Assembly: GCA_010909165.1 (NCBI GenBank)
Contig: MU008184.1
Location: 310,001-374,000, forward strand
Direction: 5' to 3'
DNA: 64,000 nucleotides
DNA from: Anthoceros angustus
Lineage: Eukaryota > Plantae > Anthocerotophyta
The position numbers were made by a program, and so were the translations under genes. The notes under the pieces were generated by a model that saw nothing but the letters and a program-made list of their open reading frames with translations, did no database searches and had not been told where the DNA came from. Position 1 is the first letter of the stretch. Every line of letters starts with the position of its first letter. Shown here piece after piece: positions 51,901-64,000 of this stretch.

Positions 51901-54900
51901 TATCCATAATATTATTTTAAAAATATTCACATATTTAAGATATTTAACATGCTTGATAATGAGTTATAAATTAGTGATAACACTGTCAACTTGCGGAAAA
52001 ATATCATCACATGTAAGCTTCAAGACTTGAAACATCTATCTATCATACAAGAGCAGAAGAGAAAACATTGCAAAGATGGTAGAATATCATTGGCTTACAC
52101 GGTTTGGCAACCTGAAAGGCGGTAGGCACGGGTGTTGGGATGTGAGGCAAGGCTATGACAGGGCATGGGGCATAGGGCAAATGGGGCGGAGGGGCTAAGG
52201 GGATAGGGCAAGGGAAGTGGTGACGCGAGGATGGTGGAGGGAGTCAAAGTCATGAACCCGATGAGTCAGGCCGTCGGGCTTGACCCAAGACACACGCGTT
52301 TGATGCACTGCGGAGGGGGCAGTGAAACTGAGATCTTGGTGTACCGGGGGAGTGATTCGCATGACGTCTTGAGCTGCGCGCTCGCGCGCTCGCACCCACG
52401 GGTGGGAGATCGCCTACGCTAAAATTCGCTTAGTTCCGGCGCTTAGGCGTGGAGGAAGGAGGAGGTGGGAGTGGGTCGAGCTCCCAGCTTCCACCTCCCA
52501 GCCCCCAACCCCAGGGTTGAGCGCAGCAGAGCAGAGCATCGGCGGGGAGGTGAGGTATGTACTTGCCGATGCCAGAATGGCTCGGGTAGTGTTGCAAGTG
52601 TTTGGTACTGTTGTGACAGTCTTCCCAGCGGCCTGTGGCAGCAAGCCGTGCTTGCTGGAGCAGCGCAGCGCATCGCACACAGGCCTGCCGCTTGTCCTCA
52701 CATCTGTTGAATGATGGCGGGCTGGCCAGTGGCAGGCTTGCTCAGGAATAATTTGCGTAATTGCTGCGACACTGTACTGTCCGGCACCGGCAACGGCTGC
52801 TTCATTTACACTTGGCTGCTGCGACGCGTAGGCCCAATCCAGGTCGCATGCCTCTGTGCTGCGCTCAGGTCGATTCCTGTCTTCAAGACTGGAACGGGGC
52901 CAGGACGAGGACGCAGGGATGATCACACCCGACGGGCTTGGCCGCTTCCAGCCGAGTTCCAGTCCTGCCGTAACCGCAGATGGTTTGGCGCTTTCTCCCT
53001 AGATCTGGCTCTTCCGTCCGCCGGTTCGGAGGTTTGTTGCGCATTTACTGGCGTTGTGGGAGCAGTCACAACTGGAGGAGTTGGCGCCTGCTGTTTCCAC
53101 TGGCCCTTGTCCGATGTGATGTGCTCTGGACTCCTGGAGTCTGAAGGCGTACAGTATGCATTATGTATGGGCCTTCCTGCCGTGTCGGTACAGAGATTCC
53201 CTGACTGCATACATCGTTGATGTGCAAGCAGTGTGTGAGAGGCCTGCCAGTATGCTCTGGCACTGGTACTCTGGCACTGGCTCCGGCTTAAATGCACAGA
53301 TGTAGTCTTTGTGTGACTGCTTGCAACACACCTGGGAAAGGTTTTTCTGCTCAGGGACACACACAGAAGCACATGTATGCCTGCCGGTGAGTCCTCAACA
53401 TCTGAAGGTTCTGGACCATTGACCTGTAGGCTTGAAAGCAAGCAAGCTTGATGCAGCATATCAAATTATTTGCAGTGCTCACTCTTGTTGCGGAAATGGC
53501 AGCTACATAGCCTAAGCATGTGAGAATGTCAGCTGATGCTCGACTTCATGTTCCTGAAAGCTCCATCTCTCGTGTCCGAGGATCATTGTCGGATTGGAGC
53601 TAATCAGGCCGCAAATAAAATGATCAGGCTATCATATTGTCAGTGCTTTGCTAGTCAATCCGGCTTCGTTGAGGCGAGAGGGAGTAAACCTCGTGTGAGA
53701 GTCATCCAGGCGGCCCTTAGGGAAGATATTAATCATCGGGCAATTATACGGCGAATTCTGCTAACTGACGACGTCCGTCCAGCACACCGTGACGTCCAGT
53801 ACCTGGATTCTGGCAACTTGGCTCTGCCCCGCGCCCTAATTACGACCTAGTGCAGCAGCAGTACATGGTCACGGAGCAGGAGACTGACTGGCGACGGCGC
53901 CAAGGGAATCGCACGGCGAAGGGAAGCGCTTTGAACTCGTCGCCATCGCTTCCGTGCGAGCTCTGACACATCATCTGCTCCGCATCGTCCCGGGCTGGTC
54001 CGCAAGATTTGAATTCTGTGTAACTGGGCGGGTGTGGCCTCATCACAAGGACGTTGCTTGAGCGTTGGCGCTGGTGTCATCCTCGGTCAGCAGCGACCAG
54101 TTGCCTGTCACACTCGACTGTGGAATCGTTGGGTGGCACTACATGTGTTGAGCAGCAGGACTGTGGAGTCGGACTGACTTGCTTCCAGCAAGAGATGCAA
54201 GCCAGCAAAATTCCAAGCAACCTCTGTAGGCGGGGTTGGAGGAGCCTTAGGTTACATGTAACGAACTGGGCAGCAACATTTTGGACAAGACAAACGAGGT
54301 TTGGCCTGTTGCGCGGTTGCAGTACCGACAGCAAGCGGCCAAGACAGTCGAACAGTCTAGAGGAAGTCGGGGGAAACCTTTTTAGGGCAGCGGTGACAAA
54401 ACATAGCAAAACAAAAAAGTGGGGCCGCGGCGAGCAGTTACCGGTCCCCATCGCGTTGCCCTGGCTTGCAGACTGTACAGTACTCTGCATTGGTTCTCGA
54501 GCGTGCGAACGTACCAGGAGCGGGGCGAAATTGGGCGCAACGGAACAGTCCGGGTTGGGACGCAAACGGGCGACGGCGGGTGCCCGTTGCCCGTTGCCCG
54601 TTGCCACTTGCGGCTGATGGCGATGGCAGATGGCACGGCAGTTGGGAGGCGCATGATGGATTGGAGTTTCATGGCCGTGCCGCCTATCATGGCATGCATA
54701 CCCCCAGCGGCAGCGGGCATGCATGCAGGTGGGTAGGCCATCATCATCCCTCGCTTCCGTTCCGTTTCGACGTTCCGTTTCCAAACTGCCCACTTTGTTC
54801 AGTGTTCAGCTTTGTGATGCTTGCCCTGGTTGCCTTCATCGTGGGACCTGGCCCCTGGCCCTGTCATGGCCGAACGAGATATGCCATATTTTGTTTGGTG

Positions 54901-55461
54901 CACTTCGCGTATCCGGGGTGGGATTCGAACCAGGAACCTGTGCGAGGCTATTTTATCACAGCATTTACGCTAGATCGTCGATGTAAGGTAAGCACGTGTT
55001 AGATTACTATGTGGATTGAATGTGGATTGGGCGTTTGGTGGCGACGGCTCCCTGACTCCTTGCGCAGCCACAGAACGCTTTTATCACGCCCCGCAGAATG
55101 TACCTGCTAATTAGATTGGAATTAAGACGCCAGAATCTGGGTGTGCTTGAGCCCAGGCTCATGAGCTCTAGAAATCAGCAGCACCACATAGGCAAATGTT
55201 AATATTTCCGCACTAATCTGGCGCGCGTTGCAACTTGCGGCTGCAGAATTGGTCTGGCGGGGCGTGAAATTGTGGATGCGTCGGACATTGTCCGACTGGT
55301 CAAACGAAGACCACTGCAATCCAGGAGCGTAAGACGCAGAGGCAGAAGAGAGCTACATGCTTCCCGAGTTCCCATAGTGTGCGTCCCTGAAGACATTCCA
55401 GCAGCCTTGCCTGTTATCCTGTACAGTGTAGAGTGCAGCCAGCAGCTGCAGCCTGGCACTC

Positions 55462-56908
55462 ATGGATGCTAGCTTGGAGGAAGGTGTCGGTCGCGAGAGT
55501 ATGCTCAGCACATTAAGCAGCTCGCTGGCCCGCTCCGGGCTGGAGGCTGGAACCGTCTGCCAGCTGCCAGGATGCGGGAAGCCAAGCTTCCAAGGCAAGG
55601 ATTTCTGCAGCAAGACTCACGCTCTCGAGCAGATGCAGCTAGCTGCAGCTAGCTTCAAGCACACTAGACCAGTCTGCAGCCTGCCGGGCTGTAATCGGGC
55701 TGCAGCTGTGAGGGCCCGAAGCTATCAGCAAGGTAGATATTCTGCAGTCTTCATTGCTGGAGTAATGGCCATGAGCATGTCAATTGGAAGCACTAGGCCT
55801 TGAGCCCCGTGTTGTCCTCCTTGCAGGTGTCGACTCTCGGTACCACGACTTCTGTGGTTGGACACATTGCAAGGAGTGGCACGGATCCGCTCTACTTTCT
55901 CCACCGATGGCGGAACAAGAAGGGGAAGTAGTGTCTCAGCTGTTTAAGGTGATTCTTAGGCGAGAATAAAATGTGTTAGAAGCAGTTCTGACGAAAGTGT
56001 TGCCGTGCCTTGCTAGCAACAGGCCTTCTCACTGCCTCCCTCCTCGCTGCATCATGCCGGGCTCAGCTTCACCGTACTTACATATGATTGCTTCAGGGCA
56101 TTCTTCCTCCAAACCAAGCCGAGGCGTTAAATCGGCTGCTGGATGCGGTGGAGATTTCGTGGCCTAAAGATGCCGGCGGCAAGAGGATGCGCGAGGAGCT
56201 CTTCGCGTCCTGCGGACCGGTGGAGTTTTATAAACTCCACCCATGGGAACTGTTGAAAGGTAACTTAACACCTGTTACAAGCTCAATTCAGATAACCGGG
56301 TCCCGGATTCAAGTCCGAGTCACTCCCACCTTCTCAAACTTCTCTCATCTTACTGCCACTGGACAGGTCACCAAGGGCCAGCTCCATTGTATTTTGTCTC
56401 CTTCCGGGCAGCAACAGCCTGCAAAGGAAAGACAGAACGTGGGACAAAGGACCAGCTGGCTTGGAGACAGTCCAGTACCCCTTCATTAGCCAAGGATGGG
56501 ATTGTTCAGAAACAATCCTTTTCCTACAAGGCCACCATATCCAAGACTGGCCATGACTCGGACCTGGTCAAGATCTTTCGAGCTGAAGAGAAGCTTGACC
56601 AGGGCACCACCAGAAAGAGAAAAAGGGACATCAAATGGAGGTACGTTATGACCGAGTACAGCTATACATTCCTCGGCAGAACGTTAGCGCTCTCATCTGA
56701 TTCTTCGGAATCGGAATCCGAATTGGAAATGCTGCCTGTGCTGCACGCACTCCGGCAGAGGGTACCGCAAGGTTTCCCAGACTATCCGCCTACCCTAGGG
56801 GCTGCGGATGTACACATACAGGAGTCCCCAAAGGATCTAGATTTCGCCTCCCTAGCTGATTTCCTAGACGATTTCCTTGCTCTACCTGATTATGAAGAAC
56901 TTATGTAG
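55462..56908 (+). CDS. Tandem zinc-finger (C-x4-C-x10/22-C-x3-H) plus divergent NAC-domain protein; exons ~55462-55732, 55827-55948, 56097-56259, 56367-56908
   Basis: CQLPGCGKPSFQGKDFCSKTH and spliced CSLPGC...HDFCGWTH, then VEFYKLHPWELL with a phase-1 intron, LYFVSFR, TERGTKDQLAWRQ, QKQSFSY and WRYVMTEYSY. All junctions GT-AG and in frame. Confidence 0.75.
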
Positions 56909-57397
56909 CATCTTAACTGGAATTCTGATCAACGTTGTTAATTACATGTACAAAGCTTTTATTTTGTAGTGTATGTTTGAAGTCCTCGACTGGTAGAAGC
57001 TCCTTTCTTGGGATAAGCACCTCGCCCCAGCAGTCACCCGCCTTAGGCCGCTTAACTACGGAGTACTTGTACAAAGTTTCCTTTCTTCATACACGAATTT
57101 CTATGGACATTGTCATAGTCTAACAGCTCGTGTAAATTGGAGATTCTCGATCTCGAATATCAATTAGTTGATAGAATCTGGAATAAAAGATCAACTACAT
57201 AATAAAAGATTTATAAAAATTTAAAGTGTTGTATATCCAAGAAATACCTTATTCTTAGCCTATCGCTTAATAGATGATCATAAATCTGAAATCTAATTTT
57301 GAGTTTTCAATTTGTTTCAATAACTGATACGACTCTCTAATTTGAATTTCGGTATTCTTATATTGGAAACCACAAGTTTTTTATTTCAAGTATTTTC

Positions 57398-57934
57398 ATG
57401 GCAATGCGAGGAGTATGGATTATTATTTTATCAATCTTAGTTGTATGTATAAAAGATCATAATAATACCTTATATGTTCTTGCAAGAGAAGGAAAATCGA
57501 TTTTGAGGCAGGATGATTATATAGAGTTCAATCCATTTAACGAAGATGCAACCGATCGGGAAAATCACTCTGACTTAGAGGCAGGTCAATACCAGTTTTT
57601 GCTAGCTGGCAGTTGTGAAGTGAGGATAGAAAAATTGGGCAGGTTTTTCTGGGACAAAGTTGAAATTATTTGGCGTCACGGCCAAGCATTAGAAACTTAT
57701 GAATGTGATAAGCTGTACCTTACGAATAAAGGCAATATTGTCGTTTATCGGAGGAATGGAAAAGTACAATGGTCTATAGAACCTCTAAATCTCTCGATAG
57801 GAAAATCAGATACCTTTTATTTAGAATTATCTTCCAACGGAGCTTTACAAATGTTTCAAGAAAGTTACGAAGAAGACGAAGCACTTACTCTTCGAGTTGT
57901 TTGGAATAGTGCTGATGAATCAAGTTATTTTTAG
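57398..57934 (+). CDS. Secreted bulb-type (B/GNA-like) lectin-domain protein, intronless, AT-rich
   Basis: Signal peptide WIIILSILVVCI; repeats LYLTNKGNIVVY..NGKVQWS and LELSSNGALQMF...VVWNS; mannose-binding QxDxNxVxY motifs degenerate. Confidence 0.75.
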   Translation: MAMRGVWIIILSILVVCIKDHNNTLYVLAREGKSILRQDDYIEFNPFNEDATDRENHSDLEAGQYQFLLAGSCEVRIEKLGRFFWDKVEIIWRHGQALETYECDKLYLTNKGNIVVYRRNGKVQWSIEPLNLSIGKSDTFYLELSSNGALQMFQESYEEDEALTLRVVWNSADESSYF

Positions 57935-58277
57935 TGGATCAGGGCAATGATGTTGATTTAAGTTGGGAAGAGTTCGTCCAAGAAGAAATTTATTATCATA
58001 TAAAATAAAATTCAATATATGTTCATAGAAACTTCGGGAACTTTACTTCTTCAGAAAAAAATCAATAAAAATAAAAATATATTATTTCTGAACTCAATCC
58101 CATACATGGTTCACATATCAAACGTCACAACACCAATTCGGATCAACTCACCGAACTTCTAAGTTCTTACTACACTAAAGGCTTAAATTCCTACCGTAGA
58201 AGTAAGCATTTAGTAATGGCTCACTTTGACCTTTTAATAGCTATGTGGCTTTCGTTGCTTACATATTCGTAAGAACG

Positions 58278-61200
58278 ATGGCGGAAGATGAGACGGAGCT
58301 GTCGAATGTGCTGCTGCTCCTTTCCGACCGCATGCGCATGAAGAGGGAGAGAGGCCTGTCCCAGCTCCAAGCTTTGCTGTTGCGCACTGGTACCTGCTGC
58401 TATTTTTAATCTTGTCCGAAAGGGCTTTCCGACACTCTGGGCGGTTCGAGTTGATGGGTTTGTTGAGAATTCCAGGGAAACAGGAGCTATGGAGCATCGC
58501 AGTGGACAACCTGAAACAGCTCATATTGTCCGAAAAATGGGAGAACAGACATGGTGGCTTCATGGGGGCAAAGGTTGGCAAGTACTGGATGCCGTCGACT
58601 TGGCCTTGTAGGCAATTGCTGGGTGTTATTCTCAGTTTTGATTTTGTTTCTATGAATCACAGATGATACTTTCCCATTTTCGAGAGGGAAGCTTTGCAGA
58701 GGAGTTGCAGGAGCTTGCTGTATCTCATTTGGAGGACAAGGACCCGCTAGTGAGGTCAGATTGTTGTTGCTGATCTACGAACATGCACAGAAAAACAGGT
58801 TGCTCACCTGATGTGGACTTATTTTTTCATCAGACTGGCTGCAGGGGAGTGTCTTGGTGCCCTTGCGAAAGAAAGGGGCTGTGATGTCTATCTCTCGTCT
58901 AAAAAGTATGTGTTACGAGTGCAGACCCTTCAGGGTCTTGCGAGTTTTGGTGTGTTTTATTCCAATGCTGCAATGTATTTCACTTGCTCAGTCTTAATCA
59001 TTTTCCAGCCGTGTCCTCAAGTCAATAGAAGACCATCTTGATACCAGTTGTTTGTTGGAGGAAGAGGGTATGTCGGTAGCTACTGCAACTAGCAACATGC
59101 ACAAACAGGTGCTGCTGGCACGTCTCTTAGTGTTGTTCTATGTAGGAGGGTCATAAGGTGAAGCAAATGCTGGTGATGCAATGTTGTGACTTGGCCTTCA
59201 TAGTACTGGCCATAATCTTACATGACTTTTGCACCTCTCCTATCCGTGGCTTCTGCCAGCAGAATATGTTGGGAGGACAGAAAATCCAGGAAACATCATT
59301 GAGGGCATTGCAGCACCTTATAGAAGGTTGTGGAGACAACTTCAATTCTGATGGTGACCCTCTAGTGCTGAGGCTTATCCTGAAAACTTTGCAAGACAGA
59401 AACCACTTCGTGAGGGAGGCAGGATTCTCTGTTCTCTGTTCTTTTTGTCATCTGTCCAATACAGAGACGTTAAAGCAGTAATTTCCCTGACTATGTTTGC
59501 TACGTCCTTAGATTGTTTTCCACAGACTGTACAGTCTGTATTGTTTTAACCTTCTCTGCCATCGATTACATATAATCTGTAAGATGTAAGCTGCTGTCCT
59601 TTGACCAAACAAGTCCTGAATCTTGCAGACAAGGACCACAAATAGCTGAAAGTCTGTTACAGGGGCTCAGTGACACCTGGAGTCAAGTCCGATATGGTAA
59701 CTAGGTCAACATGTCGTTTGTCGCAAACTTTGCCCTTCTTGCTGATTGTGACAACTAAAACGTTCTTAATGGCAGAGGCATCGATAGCAGTAAGAATGTT
59801 CTTGACAAGGACACAAGCATTCCATGCGGAGTTTCTTCCGAAACTTCTTCCAGCAATGTATGGTAAATTGGTTCTAGCAGTAGCTGAACTGCTGCAAGCT
59901 CGAACCCTGTGTACTTTCCCTTTCATTCCTGGAGGATCCTTGAACACAGATCTCATGCTTGGTTCATTATTCTTATACAAACATGTGATGGTCAGGTGCC
60001 TCAACCGGTACTATGGAGCCGAAGGAGTCAGGTTGTACTCTCAGGAAACTTGGAAGACCGTGCTGGGAGCTGTGGGAAGGCAGAAAGTTGGTGAAAATGT
60101 GGATCGAGTTGTGTCTTACTATCTACATCAGGCGCAGGCAGCAAATCCATTGATCCGTGAGGTCCGTTGTGTTGATGTCCGATGATGGCTCTACTGTCTA
60201 TTTTCAATCACGTAGAACACAACGCCTTGAACTGTGCAGGCAACTTGTTATTGTGTCTCAGAGCTTGTTGCTAAGCTTGATCACCAGGTATTGCAGTCCA
60301 TTTGTTGCTGCCAGTATGTTGCAACTGGTGCCTATCACCATTGTTTCCTTTCCTCCTCTGCATGAATCTATGTAATTTGCAGGTCCTCAGTCCTTATGTG
60401 CAACCCCTCCTCACGGCCTTAATATCCTCTTCTGAGGATCCAAGCTGGTCTGTGCGTGATGCTGCTTGCACTGGTGAGGGGTGTTTGAGTAGGAGCCTCT
60501 ATTATGCAAGGCAAATGAAATTTGTGATTGAGTCACTTATCCGTTGAAAAGTTGTGAATACACAGCTATGGGGCGCATAATCTGTGAGTTTCCAGACGAG
60601 GCAAAATCTTACTTGCCTGACTTGTATGAGCTGTGGACTGCTCATCTTGCGGACAGTATCTTTCCAACATATGTGCTATTATAGATTGTCTTTGTTGGCT
60701 ACTGTTTGAGATGCAGTCTTCATTAACTCTCTTACAGACGTTACAAGTGTGAGAGAAAACTCAGCTTTTGCTCTTGGATCTGCAATGCGCACGTACAAAG
60801 ACGATGCTGTGGAAAAGGTTTGCTATCTCTGGTTCGTGTTTGGGTTCTGGAGTGTAAGATTGAGTGTTGGTACGGTGGTTCCATTGGTTGGCTTGCATAG
60901 GATTATGGTTTTAGGAAAGGTAAGGTCTCTGATATGGGTGAGTTTTCTCCCGAGCAGGTGATCGAGATTCTAGGAAAGCTTTTGCCCAAGGCAAAGGAGC
61001 AACCTAGTGATGTGGAGTCTCAGAGATCGAGGAACTCTCATCCGAATATGCAGCCTGCTGCAGTTGCAGTCCCAGTTGGCTGCCATTCCTCTCAAGAAAA
61101 CCGTGTTGCTTGTAGACATGCCACAGAGGGAGAGCTATGGCAAGCATCTGACGGAGCCATCTACTTGCTACGTGAACTCACCAATGCAGCTCCCGAGCGA

Positions 61201-61783
61201 GCTTTGGCCTTCCTTCCGCTGCTTTCTGAACTGGTGAGCAAGTGTTTTTGTCGGCAGTCAGCTATGTGCCACATAATTTTATCTCTGCGGATATGAACAG
61301 ACTAATAAGCAGCTCGACGCTCCTTATGGACAGTGTTACTGTACGAATTTTCGACAGTATCCTTATCTCCTGGAGACTTTGTACAGATTGCTACCTTCTA
61401 TAGCAGAGGTACGTGATCTGCCGACCCTTGCAAAACCTCAGTTGCATGCTTCAATAAGTCCGTCTAACGTATAGTGTGCTGTGTCTTCTAGAACGTAGGC
61501 AAGAAGCGATTCAAGCCGTTTCTAGACCTTTTCATCGAGCCCCTCTTCCTAGCCCTCTCATGTGGACAAGTACGTGTGGTTACCCTGTAGAGGTTTGGAG
61601 GTAATGTCTTTGCTACTGACAGAGATGACAACCTCGGTGCTGCTGCAGAGGGTGGCGGAGACTGCTTCAGGTTACTGTGTTTCGAAACTTGTCACCTTCG
61701 TCGGCCCTAACATCTTCAAGGCAAAGCTTTCAGACAGCCAAGCGTCGATTCTGGCAACGAGCCCCTTCGTCAAACTATCTTGA
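58278..61783 (+). CDS. Multi-exon HEAT/ARM-repeat protein of unknown function
   Basis: Spliced repeats LEDKDPLVR/LAAGECLGAL, LQDRNHFVREAG, EDPSWSVRDAAC, VRENSAFALG and LNRYYGAEGVRLYSQETW; many short GT-AG introns; stop at 61781-61783. Confidence 0.82.
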
Positions 61784-61977
61784 ACCCATGGTTGACGTCC
61801 TGCAAAGTTCCCGAATCGCCGAATCGGCTTCTCACATTTGTTTCGGCTAGCTTTTGATCTGACTCAACGGCTCTAAATCTACCTCGCATGCCTATATGAA
61901 CGTCCACTGTCTTACGCCTCTCTTGTACCTGCACTTGCGCGCTACATTCTGTGCCGCGTCCTCCCGGCGTGTACGCG

Positions 61978-62589
61978 ATGGAGGGGTCGCCCAAAAGGAG
62001 TCGGAGAGCGTCGCTTCGTTCATTGCTGGAGGTAAAGCCGGCGCTCATCACCGATTCAAGTGGGGAACTACTTGTCGAATTCCGTCCGCTAAGGAGGCCG
62101 CACGGCAAGCTGAACAGATCTACTGAACTCTGGGCTCTCATTGATTCCATTGAGAGACGGACCAGCGAACCCGTACCCATGTTGGAGTGGGAACGGAGCC
62201 GCGAACCCGTCCCGATGTCGAAGTGGAAACGTGCAGAGTCGCCAGGAGCTCACCCAGAGATGGACTCAAGCTCCGATACTCCAAAGGAGACGAATGTAAC
62301 ATACGATTCCATTAAGAAAGAGGTTGCGTACGAACTGCGGACATCTTTGGAGGAACAGGCCAGGATGCTGGAACAGCGAAGATTGAACAAGGAATCGAGG
62401 AAGCCACTGGGATCAGGCGATGTGTCGTGTACAGATACCGAACAATGCTGTGATGACAAGATACCTGTGATCACATGTGGTACAATGCTTCGAAGCCAGG
62501 ATCATTTCCATGGCGGCCTCGATGTTCTGGCCTGGAGAGAGCCGAAGGATCCAGCGGCTAGTGAGTTCTCCGTCTTCTTCTCTTATTAA
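61978..62589 (+). CDS. Hypothetical protein (~200 aa)
   Basis: Open frame with plausible ATG and a charged, coiled-coil-like stretch; no recognised domain. Confidence 0.4.
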   Translation: MEGSPKRSRRASLRSLLEVKPALITDSSGELLVEFRPLRRPHGKLNRSTELWALIDSIERRTSEPVPMLEWERSREPVPMSKWKRAESPGAHPEMDSSSDTPKETNVTYDSIKKEVAYELRTSLEEQARMLEQRRLNKESRKPLGSGDVSCTDTEQCCDDKIPVITCGTMLRSQDHFHGGLDVLAWREPKDPAASEFSVFFSY

Positions 62590-64000
62590 GTGGACTTCGT
62601 GGTGGGAGGACAGGACAATGTTGAACGATTTACTTTTTTCCGCGAATGAATGTTGGCGAAAGATTCAGTCGGTCCTCCTGGAAACTCTCAAGTCTTACTG
62701 GGAAATGCATATTGTAAGAACTATGATCTTGATTCCTTAGACAACCGCAGATATTTTGAGGTTATTGAGTTGTTGTGATGCAGCTGTACACGCATGACAG
62801 ATCGATCATATGTCCGTAAGGAAAAACCTTACTCCAGCCTTTAGGGGGAGCAGGGCCTGGGTCTCTGTGATTAGGGAGAGGAGGGATATTGGAGGGCTGG
62901 CTTTGGGGTAGTATACATCTGTACATAGCTGAGGACGATGGATGGCTGAGGTCGTGCTTTGGGGTAGCTAGGTTCTTTGATCTTGGACCACCTTTGTAAA
63001 TATGCTCTTCCCTGCAATCCTGAGAAGTTTAGCACTAAGAAATAGCCTTACTCCAGTCTCTCTCGTTAAGCCATTAGGTGTGGCATACGTCCATCGACGT
63101 AGAGCCTGATATATTGATTGTTTGTTTGGCTGCCGACATAAACGTTGTACAAGTGTTTGTAAGTGCTCTGAAAGCGTGTGTGAGTTTGAATCGTTCTCCG
63201 GCATACGATACTGGAAGTGATCGATGGGCGGAGAGAATTCACGAACCGCACGCGCAAGGCACAGGGGCCGAGAGCATGTTTCATGGGTTATGTAGATATC
63301 TCAATTGAATAAGACGATTGAAGTCTGCCACGCATCTTCTCGAATAGTCAACCCTGTCCCATTTCCCCATCTAACCTATTTCACCTAGTCCCTAGCTGCC
63401 ACATTGTCCCCTCAGCCTTCCATCTGGTGTCGAGGGCAGGGCTCATCGGTTTGTCAGAATCAGTGACGTGCAACATCCAGAGCCCAGAATGAGATGGAGC
63501 TGGTCCTCTTGTAGAGTTCACTGCACAGCTTGGGCTGGATGATTCAATACTATTACAGTTTCCATCTATTCCAGAAGTTTTTCGTTTTCACGTATTCATA
63601 CTGTAGAATGTGCAACGTGTCCCACACTATCTCGCCTTCTTGTTGGCCAAGCTGTAGGCAAGTGCCAAATGACGGTGGAGCATCCCTCACTACCAACGCT
63701 GATAAGATGGAGCTGAGCAGCTGATGGACCTGTTAGAGCTGGAAACCTGTGAGTAACATATCACAGTCCACACCGGTCCAATTATTTGCCTGTAACGATC
63801 CGACTTCCATGACGAGCCAACAAACGGCTCTGAACACCAGCACAGAGTCTCCTTGGAGATGATCCAAGTTAAGAGGACATGGAGAACGCCGCAGATCTGG
63901 CCGTTATTACCATTACTCTGGCCTCCCTATAGTACAATGGGCAAGCGCAGCTAGTGGATCAAGCACGTTGTTCCACGCTGCAAATAATGATTCTGAAGTC

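Larger units (their letters stand above)
31350..54945. repeat. Segmental duplication, copy B (homology 31350-38565 and 50873-54945, interrupted by nested insertions)
   Basis: Same order NAC-like / MORN / NAC-remnant / tRNA-like end as copy A. Confidence 0.93.

Noticed and set aside
56260-56291. 32-nt intron in the ZnF-NAC gene
   Set aside because: The acceptor at 56366 gives an in-frame 107-nt intron with a polypyrimidine tract and better NAC spacing.
62600-64000. Possible further exons or gene at the window end
   Set aside because: Only short ORFs with no recognisable motif or consistent splice chain.

Overview
Eukaryotic nuclear DNA, most likely a compact-genome seed-free land plant or other streptophyte. 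This is inferred from ~90-130 nt GT-AG introns, NAC-like genes, a MORN3-like gene, and chromovirus and CRE retroelements; the species cannot be fixed from the sequence. The window is a transposon-rich locus with a ~10-kb segmental duplication (17410-27228 vs 31350-54945, the second copy broken by ~12 kb of nested insertions). Main observations: (1) Three insertions with TGTGG...CCACA ends and perfect 5-bp TSDs (3812-13242 CCTTG; nested 6495-10207 CACCG; 41303-48008 TATTC). None has paired LTRs or gag-pol, and they carry minus-strand reading frames. They look like giant solo LTRs or a non-autonomous integrase-mobilised class. The first splits a CRE-clade non-LTR RT gene. (2) At least four highly divergent NAC-like genes with the NAC domain C-terminal to long extensions, one fused to tandem C-x4-C...C-x3-H fingers. 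(3) An intact intronless MORN-repeat gene and its fragmented duplicate. (4) An AT-rich secreted bulb-type lectin, a multi-exon HEAT-repeat gene, a RING-H2 remnant and several hairpins. All family assignments come from manual motif recognition, with no database searches. Dense 1-nt indels in some repeat copies may be long-read consensus errors.
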